Assembly (NCBI GenBank): GCA_000320545.1
Contig: ADNK01001812.1
Location: 1-64,000, forward strand
DNA length: 64,000 bases
Direction of reading: 5' to 3'
From: Bigelowiella natans CCMP2755
Taxonomy: Eukaryota > Protista > Cercozoa
Below the pieces are notes generated by a model. The model was given only the letters and a program-made list of their open reading frames with translations, was not told the DNA's origin and did no database searches. Numbering within the stretch: position 1 is the stretch's first letter; the number at the start of each line of letters is the position of its first letter. The translations under genes were made by a program, and so were the position numbers. Positions 1 through 14,092 of this stretch are shown one piece after another.

Positions 1-32
1 TCTCTCTCTCTCTCTCTCTCTCTCTCCCTCTC

Positions 33-72
<40 letters not shown>
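1..72. repeat. Compound intronic microsatellite (TC)n(AC)n
   Basis: Directly visible; ends just before a CAG acceptor at ~79. Representative of dozens of intronic dinucleotide tracts in the window. Confidence 0.95.
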
Positions 73-74
<2 letters not shown>

Positions 75-79
75 CGCAG

Positions 80-270
80 GCCGAGCGGCTGAGGAAGGAA
101 GAATCCGAGGCGAGGAAAAGGGAGGAGGAGCGAAGGTTGGAACTACAGCGCCGAGCTCAGGAAGAAGAACGCAGAGCCTTGGTACATAAAACATGATGAG
201 GACGTCAGATTGGCAGTATTTTAACGAATGTAGTTAACCATTCATATATGTATATTATATATTGATGCGC

Positions 271-309
<39 letters not shown>

Positions 310-675
310 TGCATTCATGCCCTTCTCCGACTTCACGGTGGCTTGCTACATGCATACAGCAAATACGAGAGATGGAGAGAAAGGCCCTTCGGAGAGGCGT
401 AACATGCCCAAAGGTGTTCTTTGCTCGTGCGTGTATTGTTTGTTTGTTTGTTTGTTTGTTTGTGTGTGTGTTTGTGCGCGTGAGTAGGGTAGACGTGTGA
501 TATCATCTTCCATGCATGCAATGCTACTTTGAAGTGTCGGTAAATCGGCTGTTGTTGTTGTTGTTGTTGTTTCTATTCTTCATGTGCGGTACCGCTCCTA
601 GGGGCACAAGCTAGTAATCTCGATAACAGAACAAGATGGTAGTTGCTGAACATGCATTTCTCAGTGGATATGTAC

Positions 676-708
<33 letters not shown>

Positions 709-1499
709 AATATATATTTTATATACACATATATATTATTTAGTCGCATATACGTGTGTGTGTGTGCGGGTGAGTGTACTTGTTTGAATGTCCTTTTATC
801 TTCTAGGATATGGTTGTGACGTATGTGGGAAACGGGGCATTGAAAAGGGCAACAAGCTTCTCGGTTCTCTGCAATCCCAACACACAATAAACGATTTGTT
901 TCTAATGGAATATAAATTCTATCTCGATCTCGACACATAGCGTTGAAATCGCTGAGTGATGCTGATTTTTTATATAAATACTATGTATAATCAATATGTT
1001 TTGTATTTAAAGCTCATGTTTATAGCTATGCTAATTGGTTGCTGTTGTTGTTGTGTGCGTGTGTTTGTGTGTGTGTGTGTTTGTGTGTGTTTCATGCTAT
1101 CGGCGTCTCTTCCTCAGGGTGCAGAGTGTGCAACTGGGACGCGTGTGTTTCTTGCTGGGTACTTTTGCACATTTATCGATGCACAATCGAGCGTACACAC
1201 AACCACTGCCTGCGACTCTGGCCATCCGCCACAAGCGAATTAGATCCACGCAAGCTCTCTGACCCAAGCACCACAGAAAGCATAACTATGTGTGTGTGTG
1301 TGTGTGTGACGTTCCCCCCCCCCCTCCCTCCCCCCTCCTCCTCCAGGACGGATTAGATGCTGGAGAGTTTGCGCCACCAAGCGGCACCGGCGGCCTGCAG
1401 CAGCAAGAGGCAGAGCAGCAACAACAGGTACATGGCATGATTACAATAATGGCTCCGTATAGCTGCAGGCTGAGCCAGCTCGGCGGTGCGTGTAAGTAG
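80..1499 (+). CDS. 3' part of a multi-exon gene: coiled-coil followed by a Cys/His zinc-binding domain (ZZ/DC1-like); 5' end outside the window
   Basis: Exons at ~80-181, 360-413, 602-638, 806-863, 1118-1158 and 1347-1499 splice GT..AG in phase to ...RRAQEEERRALQIREMERKALRRGVTCPKGHKLVISITEQDGYGCDVCGKRGIEKGNKLLGCRVCNWDACVSCWDG... The last exon and stop are less certain. Confidence 0.7.
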
Positions 1500-1735
1500 A
1501 GAATGCGGCCCTTTCGTTTGAAGTAACGAGCGCTGTATCCTATCCCCTTTTCATGTGCCTGCTTTACGTTTGAATGGAGCACCACCATTCTCTCTCTTGC
1601 AGCTAACAACACTACCGCCCAGACACTTCTCGTCGCCCCATTCCACCCCCCCCCCTCTTCTCCCCGCTTCCTGGTTCGAGACGCGCGCGATATCTCTAAC
1701 TTGCCGCTCTCTCATAACGTCAGAAACTCCGCGAA

Positions 1736-2426
1736 ATGCTCATGGCAAAGCGCCAGGCGCTCCTATTACACATCAAGAAGAAGAAGAAGAAGAAGGAGAA
1801 GGAGACAAACGATGGCTCGCAAGTATCGGTAGAAGGGAAGAACCCTTCGAGGAAACTGCCACCGTCGCCAACGCCAAGCAGCCATGCAAGCATGGAAAAA
1901 GAAGGGGGGAGGGGTCATATCGCCGCAGCAACGGCAGAGGCAGCAGCTTCAGCTAATAACACGCAGCAGTCTGGAGGCTCGGAGAAGGGGGAGACGAGGG
2001 AGAAGAAGAAGAAGAAAAAAAAACGCATAATCATCGTGAAGCGGAGAGTGCTGAAGCGAAGGAGAAAGGCGTCAGGGGCGGCAGCTTCCGCGGGAGCCAT
2101 TGCAGCTAAGGTTCCCAGGAGCGTCGCGGTGCGACCCCGCAACTCACCCAATGATCCCAGCGAAGTCGTGCAACCTTCCGCTGCGGCTGTGAGTGCGCAG
2201 GAGGACAGCGAGCCTCCGATGAACCCGGAAGAGCGCAAGAGGGGGGGGGGGGCGACGCCACCATCGGCATCGAAAAGACCTGCTCCGGAGAGAGTTACGG
2301 ACGCTAGCTCTGTGCCCAGAGCAAAGCGGCGGAGGGGGCGAAGGCGGGGGGGGGCTGCACAGAGGCATGCTGGTAGTGCGAGCACACTCACCGACCCAGA
2401 AAACAAAGAATACTCATGCTGTATAC

Positions 2427-2466
<40 letters not shown>

Positions 2467-3151
2467 CGTTGTGTACACTTTTCAAATAGAGGAGATAACA
2501 TCCGAGGAGAATAGGGGTAGCGTTGGTAGTTCACGTTCTTTCTCGTATGGCTTTCTCGCCAGCCACTTCGGTGTTAGGAAGTATTCTTCTCTCGGATGAC
2601 GATGACGATGAGGACGATGACGATGAGGACGATGAGGTTGATAATGGCAGCAATGGTGGTGCTGAGAATGGCCTTGACCAGGGCCAGGATATGGGAGTGG
2701 ATGGAGGAGGCGAGGGAACTCGCATCGATAGTAAAAGCAGGCTAGTGAAGAAGCACTCTCGAGGGGTCAGCCCAAAGTATGGACGCACCATGGTTTTTGA
2801 GTTTTATTTGATAACAGGCAGCAGTGCATTAGTTGAGTGTTACGTTAGCCAGGCCACGGTCCACGTGTAGGGGAAAGAGAGACAAAGAGAGAGGGGAAGG
2901 GAGAGAGAGAGGGGAGGAGAGAGAGGGGGGGGGAGAATCACAGATTGGCTTTATTCGAGTGTTAAAAGCGGTGATAGATCCGAAGCCATTGAGGCTGTCA
3001 AGGATGTTCTTAATCTTGTTGTTTCAGGAGAAAACCTATGCTGGGAGGAAAGCGGGAGGCGGGGCTGGGGGAGGGCGCCATAGAGCCGTCGGAGGAAGAG
3101 TTGCTTCAAAGGTTCGACCCACACGTTCCGCCGCACGTTTCTAGTCTATAG
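1736..3151 (+). CDS. Hypothetical low-complexity protein (poly-K basic tracts, poly-D acidic tract), 4 exons
   Basis: Exons ~1736-2372, 2490-2516, 2578-2776 and 3028-3151 join in phase with GT..AG. No recognisable domain; start could be 1736 or 1742. Confidence 0.5.
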
Positions 3152-3290
3152 CGAAGAGTGAGAAATCGCTCTGCCCCTTAGAGCTCCTTATTGAAGTCGA
3201 GGTTGGTTTGCATCGTTTTCGAGTGTTTTTTAGCGAGGTTTCTACGATTATTTCGGCTTCGGGGCATGAGCTCTGTATTGTTATATTGGA

Positions 3291-3338
<48 letters not shown>

Positions 3339-4536
3339 ATGCACAGACTCCGCCTGCTGCAGGCGAAGAGGAAGTTTCTTCGATCGAAGCTAGCATGATA
3401 GCACTGGCGTAGACTAGCGAACCAATTCTCGATTTAGCCAGATTCGGTCTCACTCTAGCACTGTAGATCCTGCGAAATCAGACTATGCTAGCTACGTATT
3501 TGTTTCATTTGTCATAATGAGAAACACACATGTCTCTTGACATTGGCAGCATCGATCGATCAGCAATGATCCATCCACGGTAGCACGCACGCATGACACA
3601 CTGCAGCCACAGTCTAGCAGTACTAGAGTGCTAAAGAAGTGGCGGGCTTGTGCATGCAGCAGCATGCTAACGTGCTAGCATGTGTGCATACAGTGACATT
3701 TTCGCATTGCTCACATTGCATTCTAACATTGCTAGATTGCATGCGGTGTCAACTACCTATCCTAGTAACGTTGTCGTAGCTAGAAACAACACTAGACATC
3801 GTTATTAAAACGTGTGATGAGAATGGCATGCTCTACTTCATGTGGTGCTGTGCACATCGATCTAGATAGTATAGCTATTTTGTTTGCCAACACGTAGCGT
3901 AGCATGCAGAGCGAAGACTACTAGCCATAGCAGCTGCTAGCTAGATCGACTGCGCGGCTCATTATCGATGCGAAACAAACAGAGCGAAACAACGATGTGA
4001 TGAATAATTACTTGCTGGCTAGATTGATCGATCAGCATGTGTCAAATGTTGATAGATTGCAGTGAGAACAGGGCGTGTAAGCATTTTTTTGTTACTCTCG
4101 AAGTCGCTGCTTGAAAATTAGTTGATGGGAAATGGAAACCCTAGCAAGTGTTAAAACAGCTGCTGTTGTCCATGGATCTACGTTGTTGCAAACATGCATG
4201 CATCGCGGTAACTGAAGCAATGAGCATTGATTTAGGTAACATGATTGAGCAAATATCGATTTCATTGGGACACTTATTTGTGAGTTATGTTACTCCATAA
4301 AAAGATGATTCATACGTCTTGTGTGAGCCTGCGTGTTTACTTCTCCATATCAATTCATCGATCGCTACCCTGTAGCTTCTTTTGATTCAGCACTGGTTTG
4401 ATCGACTGTATTTTGCATTCCATCAAACCTAAGTAGAGCACAATTGAGTGAGGTAAAATGAGAGAGTACAGCTCACACTATTTGATGAAAATTTGCGTGA
4501 TAAGTTTATTTAGGTTTATCAATTGATAATATGAGG

Positions 4537-5398
4537 TTAAGCTATGGCACACATTGAAGCGAACATGGATCCAAGTTTTGTTGTCGCATCGCTGACTGTG
4601 GCAACCCGTTCAATCCTTGAAATAGAAGAAATTGACAAGCTAAATTGAGGTTCAATTAACAGTATACCAACTTATCAACGAAATTCATCCCTCACCCGAT
4701 CTCCTAACCCACTACAATGTCCATTCCGGATTTTTATAATGGTTACACGAATATCATGCTTTCCCACCTTGTCGAGAATTCTTGCATGGTGCTCTCCAAC
4801 TCTCTCAGGCTACTCGCCAAGTTCTCAATATCACTTGAGGACATCTTATTATTCTGCAACGTAACCTAGGTATATTTTCCCAATGTCAACAAAAAATAAA
4901 TTGGATTACGTTGATCCTCTAGAGGATTTTACGATTTTCGAAACTCTTCGTTCCCCCCTCCCCCCCCTCCCTCCTTCTCTATCCCTTCCAAACGATACAG
5001 TGGCGCGCCAGTTTGAGATGTTACGGAAAACTGATTATTGCAGGAGGTTGCTATCATGCGTCTGGATGCTTTTCTCGTCGCATGGTCAGTTCAAGCTAAA
5101 ATCCCCAAGAAAAGCAGAAACTATGTAATTAGGATAACAATTAGGTGTCGATTTCAAGATACGACAAAGAAAAGATGGGAAAACGTTACCGAAAAGATAA
5201 ATTTGGATAATAACGAATTCTCCGTGCTAATATATCCGACGTCTGCGCCTCCCCCTACACCTTCAGGTACGGACTAGATGGCACACGGTTCCCCTTCCTT
5301 CGTTTTTTCGCGTATTTTCGTGCACTATAGCCTGGCATCTCACCTGTAGATTGTGAAATACTTGGGCGGTTCGTGGTCGAACGAACGAGGGAATTCAT
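4537..5398 (-). CDS. Possible small coiled-coil protein divergent from PES1
   Basis: Exons ~4865-4768 and 4615-4537 splice in phase to VTLQNNKMSSSDIENLASSLRELESTMQEFSTRIERVATVSDATTKLGSMFASMCAIA*. Putative first exon 5398-5261 (MNSLVRSTT...PYLK) is uncertain. Confidence 0.4.
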
Positions 5399-5533
5399 TT
5401 CAGACTTTCCACGTTTTTTAAACCAATAAGAACATAATTTAGAAAAAATCACGGTGTTGATTGGAACCTCTGCTTGCAGCAATAGGGACGAGGCCGTTCT
5501 CGAGATTGCTGTCGGTGACAGGAGGAGGCAATC

Positions 5534-6971
5534 ATGCCGCCTAAAAAACGCAAGGCCCTAGTGGGCGGAGGGAAAAGGAAAGCAGTTTCAGGTACTGCGC
5601 TATAGTTGATGCTACGGTGCTGCGGAGTATATTCTAACGCCGTTTCTTCTTCCTTAGGACGTGAGACGCGGAAAGGGGTGAAAGGAATAGCCTCAAATTA
5701 CATACACCGAACAAAGGCTGTGCGGAGGTTGCAAGTCTCTTTGAGGGACTTTCGACGACTATGTATCCTGAAGGGTATCTACCCACGAGACCCCAAAAAG
5801 AAGCCAAATGGGAACGACAAGACTTACTATCACATCAAGGTACGCATTATCAAACCAAGTGGAAGACTTAGGAGAGGGATAATAATAATAAGAAGAAGAA
5901 GAAATGAAAGCATTTCCTCTCCCCGGAGTCACACACTCCCGAGCATCGTGTTTTCCTGCTTTCGGATGATGAGCAAAATAGATGACGAGTCTGAGGCGGT
6001 TGACGGTCCATTCAGCCGCGCTGCCACATAATGATCGACTATCGAGGCATTTGTCTGACGAGAAAACGAGAAAACGCGACGACACACCTCTACACATTCC
6101 TTTCTTCCGGTTGAACTGGATAGCTCTGATGATACACTATTTTTTCCGCGGCGTGTGTGTGTTACTATTTTCTCCCTATCGCGCTTCTTGTTTCCCTCCC
6201 CCCTTCCGTCCCCTTCCTCTCTCTAGGATATCAAGTTCTTGATGCACGAGCCGCTTCTCAAGAAGTTTAGAGAAATGAAAATCTTCCTGAGAAGACACAA
6301 AAAGGCGATGATAAAACGGGTAGGGCATGTTGAGAGAAAGGGAGAAGGGGGGGGGGGGGGGAGATTTGAGGGTCGTTTCTAATTTTTTGAGCCTCCATAT
6401 TCAAATTGCAAACAAAACCGAACCTACTCAAACCTCTATATCACACCAAAGCTAATCAGATGTGCATTGACCACCCATAGGAATTTACGAAGGCGAAGCT
6501 GTTAGAACGCTCGATGAAGCCCCGTATATCCCTTGACCACTTAGTCAAGGAAAGGTGATAGCATAATAGCACGCAGAAGAACACGCAGAGCCTTTCCTCG
6601 CCCCCTCCATATTTTTGAGACGCGAGATACCGCCATATCTCTCATCATCAATGTCGTTGTCGTTGCACTCCAGAGGGTGGTGTTCCAGTTGTTTGATATG
6701 TGCTACAACAGCATCACGCCGCCCATTGTAGTTGCAAGTAGCCTACTCTCAAGCTTTCGCATTGATGATGTTCTCTTCCTTTGTTTTCTGCGTTTCTTGC
6801 TCCTTCCCACGACTACTACAGGTATCCCAGCTTTGTCGATGCTGTCAGGGACTTAGACGACCCCCTCTCGATGATATTCTTGTTTGCACTGCTGCCCTCG
6901 CAAACGTGCAGGGAGCATGAGGCAAAGATCAGCATCGATTGTCAAGCGCTAAGCCGAGAGTTTCAGCACTG

Positions 6972-7004
<33 letters not shown>

Positions 7005-7306
7005 GTGTGTCTATTCATGTTAGTAATTTTGAGTGCAAATAGAGATTGCGGATGATGATTAAGATGGGATACCATATCACAGTGATATATGTAGAAGGGG
7101 CAATAACATTGAAAAAATACTGTGCTCGACTCACCCTCGCCCTTCCCGCGTCCCCTCCCCCCTCCAGTGATCCAAGCGAAGTCGCTGCGGAAGGTGTTTG
7201 TCTCCGTCAAGGGCGTCTATTACCAAGCAAGAGTCTACGGTCAGGATGTCACATGGCTCGTCCCGCATAAATTCAAGCAAACGGTACACTTGATTTAAAA
7301 TAATAG

Positions 7307-7389
<83 letters not shown>

Positions 7390-8750
7390 ACTATACACAT
7401 GTGTGTGTGTCATCGAGCACTCGACGCATGGCAAGCTAGCAAGCGCACATGCAGATTCTTCTCTTCCGAAATCCAAATCGGCACGATTGTGTATCGACTG
7501 TGAGAGTAACAGCGCGTCGTCGTCGTCTGTGCTTGTCAAACCTCGTCTTTTCAGACTCCGAAAGACGTGGACTTTCGCGTGATGGTGACGTTCCTGCAGT
7601 TTTATGCGACTCTGGTTCGGTTCATAAACTATAAGCTATACTACGATCTGGGTCTGCGCTACCCTCCCGTGCTCGAAGAGCACAGAGACCGCGAAGGCGC
7701 TTACCTCTCCGCAATGAAGTTGGAGGAGAAACGCGGAGATGGCGAGCAGGAGGAGGATGAAGAGGAAGATGGGGAGGATGGAGAAATGGAGGAGGAGGAG
7801 GAGGAGGAAGAGGAGGGCGAGAGAGCGGAAATGAAGAAGAAAATGCAGGCCAAAGTTGCTTCAGTGATAGAAAACTTAAGCAGCAATGATGCAGAAGGGG
7901 GGGGGGCGCATCAGGAAAACGACGGCGAAGAGCAGGATGATGACGCGCCTTTGGAAACGAATGATGACGATGACGATAATGATGATGATAAGGGGGAGGA
8001 TAATGATGACGACGACGACGATGATGACGACGACGACGACGATAACAACAATGATGACAACACAACCAGTGCTGCTGGTACTGCAACGAATGATGAGGAG
8101 CAGCAGCACCAAGAGGAAGAGGAGGAGGAGGAGGAGGAGGCCGAAGAAGCCGCTGCCGCCGAGAGCGAGGCCGCTATCGAGACCTCCATTCTAAACGCTG
8201 CAAAAGCAGCAGCAGCCGCTCCTATGACTGACACGCCTGCAAGTTCCTTACCAGGAAGGCCATCAAACTGGGAGGCGGAAGAGAGCATCTGCATATTCTC
8301 AGGCCTCAAGTTTCTCCTCGGCCGGGAGGTGCCGCACGAGGTGCTGGAGTTTGTGATTCTCGCAGGGGGGGGGGAGGTCTTTAGGGAGGGGCTGGCAAGT
8401 CGGGAGCAGGCTATGGACGAATCGATTACCCATCAGATAGTAGATCGGCCCAGGCAGCAGCTGACACTTTTCACGCGGCAATACGCGCAGCCTCAATGGG
8501 TGTTTGATTCGTTCAATGTCAGGGCGCTACTCCCAATCCAGTACTATCAGCCGGTCATTCATCTACTTTGCTGATGATACTATACTTTGCTAATGAGAAG
8601 TCACCTGCACGCAAACAAACGCACACTCTTGATGTTTCGGCTACTATCATGAAACGGGGGGGGGGGTAGGAGAGGAGTAGAGCAAGAACGGTCATCTGAG
8701 AAGACATGGCTTCACAAGGAATTTCCTTTTGCATCTTGAACGCACACCTG

Positions 8751-8793
<43 letters not shown>

Positions 8794-9220
8794 CACGTTT
8801 ACCCTGGAAAAAAATAAAATTTTAGGGCGCGAAACTACCGCCGCACCTTTCTCCGTTTGTTGACGATGAGAGGGAGGGCTATATTCCACGACAGCGCGAA
8901 GTGCTGCGCTCTTGGGGGGGTAAGGTTGGCGGAGCTCCCCCTGCTCCGAAAGAGGGGGAGGAGGCCGACGATGCGAAGAGAGAGGTCGATCGAGAAGATG
9001 AGAATGAAGCAGACGCCACCAGCACGTCTCTTGGGGACGAAACAAGCGCTCGGAAACGAGGCCGCGATGAAAGCGCGCAGAAGAGCGGGGAGGACTTAGC
9101 GAAGATAATGATGACAAACAAGACCAGGAGACTCTACGATCGTATGAAGGTATGCTTCGAATGGGGTTCAGGAAAAGAACACCCCAGTCTGTCTAGACAG
9201 TATGTATGTAAATATATATA

Positions 9221-9254
<34 letters not shown>

Positions 9255-9480
9255 TGTGAGGAGTGTCTTGGGTAGGGAGTAAGATGTTACTTTTACAGCC
9301 TTTTGACCTTTTTCTGTGATGATTAAAAATGGAGCCCAACTTACGTGTTGTGTCATGTCTTCGCAACAACAACAACAGTATGGCGAGGCAAGAAAGGAGG
9401 AGAAGAACGAGGAGCTGCGGAAAAAACGGCAAAAGCTAGAGAAAAAGAGCAGCAGCAAGACGAAGAAGACCGCCTCCTAG
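5534..9480 (+). CDS. PES1: Pescadillo homolog (PeBoW complex, 60S biogenesis), 9 exons
   Basis: Spliced translation contains the family motifs [85 protein letters not shown], a BRCT region ([32 protein letters not shown]), LPPHLSPFV and [18 protein letters not shown] 5534, TAG 9478-9480. Confidence 0.97.
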
Positions 9481-11353
9481 TTGCAATGATGCTGAGTGCA
9501 ATCATGGGTTGCAGCGGTGCATGATTAGATGCGAACAATGCCCCTCTGAGATTGAATGACAACGCCTAAACGTATAATGTCAAATTATTGATAGTTCGTG
9601 ATGTTGACAAACAAAAATTGGTGCGTGAACATGTGAGCTGCGTGCGCATGCACGTAACCAATGGGAATGAGCATCACCCGTCGAGTTGCTCGATCCGCGC
9701 CTGTCTAGCTGTTCGCAATCTAGGTAGCTAGCATAGATGTATGTTATATATAATGTGCGCGATGCATGCAGGTTTTTGATGTCAATATCATTCGCATTTA
9801 CTGGTGTATGTGCACCAGTATGATAGAGCATCAGGGAATTCAATATTCGATGTTGGACATCGAATATTGACCATTTGGAAGAATAGTCAACGCGTACATT
9901 ATTTGACGACTCATGAAGGAAGAAAGTTGAGATATGGCAAATAGGTGACATGCGACAAGTATTGCTAGATTGGAAGGAAGATTAACTTAGCTGAAATAAC
10001 CTAGAAACTTGTTTAGTTATGAATGAACAAAAGTAACTATATATTAAGTAGACAATATTGAAAGAGAGGCGAACTTGTGGCGCATACATGAGAACTTCAT
10101 TCACAATACAATCCAACAGCTCCTGTGTCCACCATCCTACTTTGTCATTTGTGTCTGCGTCGATGCAATGCAATTGAAAAGCACGCTGCTGTCACATGCA
10201 TCATCAACGACAGCATGTAACAGGTTTTGCCATCTAGCCATCCCCAGATCCTTCCGCGCACCGAGCTAGCGAGCAAGACTCGTCACTAGACGAAACAACT
10301 CGTGCTAGCATGGATCGACACGAACGACGAAACAAAACGACTCATGTACGCAAAAGTGGAAATGACAGCGTTGTGTTCCGCACGTACAGCTCGACACATG
10401 CGAGCCATTGGATTCACATGCATGCATGCATGCATGCCATCTTATTAGCTGAAACATGCAAGCACATTTTTAACGCTGCAGCCGCGGCTTTGAGCTACGA
10501 GCTTTGCTGTTTTGCACAGCTACATCGCAGGATGACAATTGAACAAATTTGACTCATTCATCTAGCTAGTCTACAATTAAGTCATCAAGACATTCGTGCA
10601 TGCAACACCACGACATGCACGTGTTAGCTAACTAGACGTGTGCATGCATGTCTAGATGTGCTGTGTGCACAAGTGCACTACTAGCTAGCTAGGTGTGCAT
10701 GTGCAAATCATGTGTGCATGTCGCGGACATCACTGCCAGATGTCAAGGGAAAGCATCGACGCAAGGTTAATAACTTTCTCAGGTGTGCCCAACATTGTTG
10801 ATCGCATGCGCGAGCGCAACAAATTAGAATCACATGACTAGACTGCATAGTGGAGACTGTGATGCATGTGCTATGCGCTCAAATGCAAGGCATGCCGCGG
10901 CGCATGCATTGCGTGTCATGCACATATGCTAGTATGGGATGAGGTGCGCTCCTCGCACATGAGATCCATCTTGTTACCAACAAGCTAGCAAGCGATGCAG
11001 CTAGATTTGATTTGTTCTCAACTACGTTCATGTTTTAGCGGCGAACCACACGCGCGCAATGTGCTTGCTAGCTTGCATGCACGCATGCACGAGAGAGCGT
11101 GATGCATGGCATGAACTCTAGCTGCCACCCAGCAATATGCATGTACGCAGTTGGTAGCTGTGATAATTCTGAAACGGATGACCTAGGATCATCATAGCAA
11201 AGGTCATAGCAAAGGTAACAGCATGCGAGCATTGTTCCAAACTTTTAGTGTGTGAGAAAGTGCACAACACAGACAACACTGTGCGTGCGAGTTGTATCAA
11301 AATGCAATGCCATCTAAAACCACAAACGCTGTTGGAACCCATAGCAAGAGCAA

Positions 11354-11613
11354 TTAACGTCTTAGCCTTCGCGACAATTTACTACCAACCTGACGCGAAC
11401 CCCGCCGTTTGTACTCGGTGGTTGTTGGCGAGGGAGAACGGGATCTCGGCTTGGATTTTGCTGCCTTTTTAACAGGCTCCGGCAGCCTCTTTACCTTCGT
11501 GACGAACGTTTCCGCCAAATCAGCGTACTCAAGTTCCCCCTCAGCATCGTCCTTCTCTTCTTTTTCCGCGAAACACTGAGCAAACCTGAGCAAAGCATAC
11601 GAAGGAAAAGGGA

Positions 11614-11662
<49 letters not shown>

Positions 11663-13950
11663 AGAGAGAAAATCAACGATCACGACCTGAGATGGCTAAT
11701 AGAGAGGTACAGTGAGATGGCTAATGGAAGAACACCCGTATTTCAGGTCATTTCACTATTACACACATGGCTCTAAAGATCTGCTGATTTGTTTTTGTTG
11801 ATTCAAAAATGTGCAGTGTCTTACTCCAAGTAGTCCAGCTGCCCATCGTTATCCGTATCAGCATTATTGACGATCTCCGATGCATCAGCCGCACTTAAAT
11901 CTATTTTCAAGTAGCGAAGTGCTTCCATCACCTCCCCAGCCGACAACTACGAGGTGACATATCCACCAAGGAGAGAGAATTATAGTTCAGATATTGACCC
12001 TTGATAGTGTACGGTGCTCTCAGCGGTGCGCTCAACGGCGCAAACGATTACTCGTTTCCGCACGAGAATCTGTATTGATGCATGCTGGATCGCGAGTCTA
12101 CTGAGCACGCTTCCAAAATCACTCTATGGGCAACATGACTGAAAATGGCTCTCAGGAGACATTGCGCGAGACGATCGAGAAATGCTTTTGTATTCAACTG
12201 ATCTCCTCGTTGCCCCCCCCCCAAAAGCATTGGAAAACCCTCTACAATGACTATTCAAATGCAAGCTCTACCACGCCGTTGCCGCTGGTATCGAATTTTC
12301 GGAACGCGTCTATAAGCATCATGCCGCTCTTCTGCAGCGCGAATTTGAAACGAGCGACCTACGCAGCACCCAAAACCAATGAATAACAAACAGCCTCGTG
12401 ATCATGCATGTATCAAGCTCCCCTCCCTCCCTCCCCCCCCTTCCCTCTCTCTCTCTCTCTCTCTCATACACACACGCGCGCACACCCAAACAACTAAAGT
12501 TATTCACTCCTTTACCTTGAGACGATATGCAAGTAGTGAATATTCGTCTGGTGTGGTGAAGAGTATCTTAAGAGGAGTGTCGTTGTACTCTTTCCTGTCT
12601 CGGCGGCGGCATGCCAGTGCCGATTGGAAGAAAGTTTCGCGAGATTTCTCGGAGTTATTCTGCAATCAGACACATGCTGTATTTCAATTGCACATTTATG
12701 ATAGCAATCACGAGCTCGCGTAACAATGACAATACTTTAGCATTGCTATCAAGATAGTCGAGAAACCAGGCATAAAAACAGGGTGACATTTTTATTAATT
12801 AGGGAAGAACAGCCCTGACTTCGATCTCTCTCATGCTGCAAAAAACTCCTCTCACCTGCAACGCCTGCAGCAAAGCAAATGCTTCCCGCGAGCGCATATG
12901 CATCGAACCGTCGAGGAACTTGAGGCATCTCTTATTCCGAAAGTACTCCGTTGTCGCTTTAAATGGAAAGTTTGGAGTGCAGTCCAAGCGCCCCCCCTCT
13001 AAAGTCTCAATGGCCAACGCGCATTGCGATCCAAGGACGGGGTGCTTGTGATGGATGTAAAATCGAGCCGACTCAGCCTCCGCGAGAGTCGCTACAACCT
13101 AGAAGAAAGCAGAAGGGAGAAAAAAGCACATATCGACGTTGATAGGAAATACTACTCTTTGCTGGTTCCAGCGTGATGGCCTAATCGAAGGCTAAATTCA
13201 AGCATCGGACTATGCAACGAGCCATTCCGACAAGCAAAATGATTTCCCCGTGCATAAACGAGTCATCTAACACCCCCCCCCATCGCTACTACCTGGTAGC
13301 GGCCTTCTTGCGCTGTTTCAAGCATTCGCTCTCGGATCATCGTGTTAAACTCGTTGCGGCAGATGTCTCCAGAGCGATCGATATCGACCAAAAGCTGAAT
13401 GCGCTTTCTGAGCACACTGCCCTTCTTATACCTTAATATATCAAACCGTTTGGGTTGTAGGTTTGTACGAGCCTCTACCCGCCCTGCCCCCCCCCCTCCC
13501 ATCCCTTCCCCCCTCGTAATGCTAGTCGCCTCTCTCCTAAGCGTTTTCCGTGTTTCTAACCCGATCGCTTTGAGAATGTCCTCGGCCTCACGGAACGATA
13601 TGCGATTCGAATCATCCTGGTCCGCCATCTGCCGACAATTATCGAGGAGTAGTACGTGGACGTGTAAGCGATGATGTATCATATATCAATAACATTTATT
13701 GTTCTTAACATTTGTATGAACAATCTTCGGTTCTTCAGTGGGCGCGTACACCTTGAAAGCGACGTCAATTGCTGCTTGCTGCTTTGAAGAGGGTGCCCCC
13801 GGAGCAATGCGTATGTCCTGAAGCTTGTATCTATTCGGAATGAGATCGAAGAATACGGACACGTTTTTCAGCTTGCGCTCGCCCATTGTTTTCCATTTAC
13901 GCTTGTAGAAGTTTTCCGTGACCTTGCATTATGATATATAAAACAATATA

Positions 13951-13990
<40 letters not shown>

Positions 13991-14048
13991 GTATCAATAA
14001 GAAAAGGTGTAGGGAGACTACGTTTTGCGGGGGGAGGGGAAAGGCAGG

Positions 14049-14092
<44 letters not shown>

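Noticed and set aside
4690-4710. cctaaccc as a telomeric repeat
   Set aside because: Single partial unit, no array.
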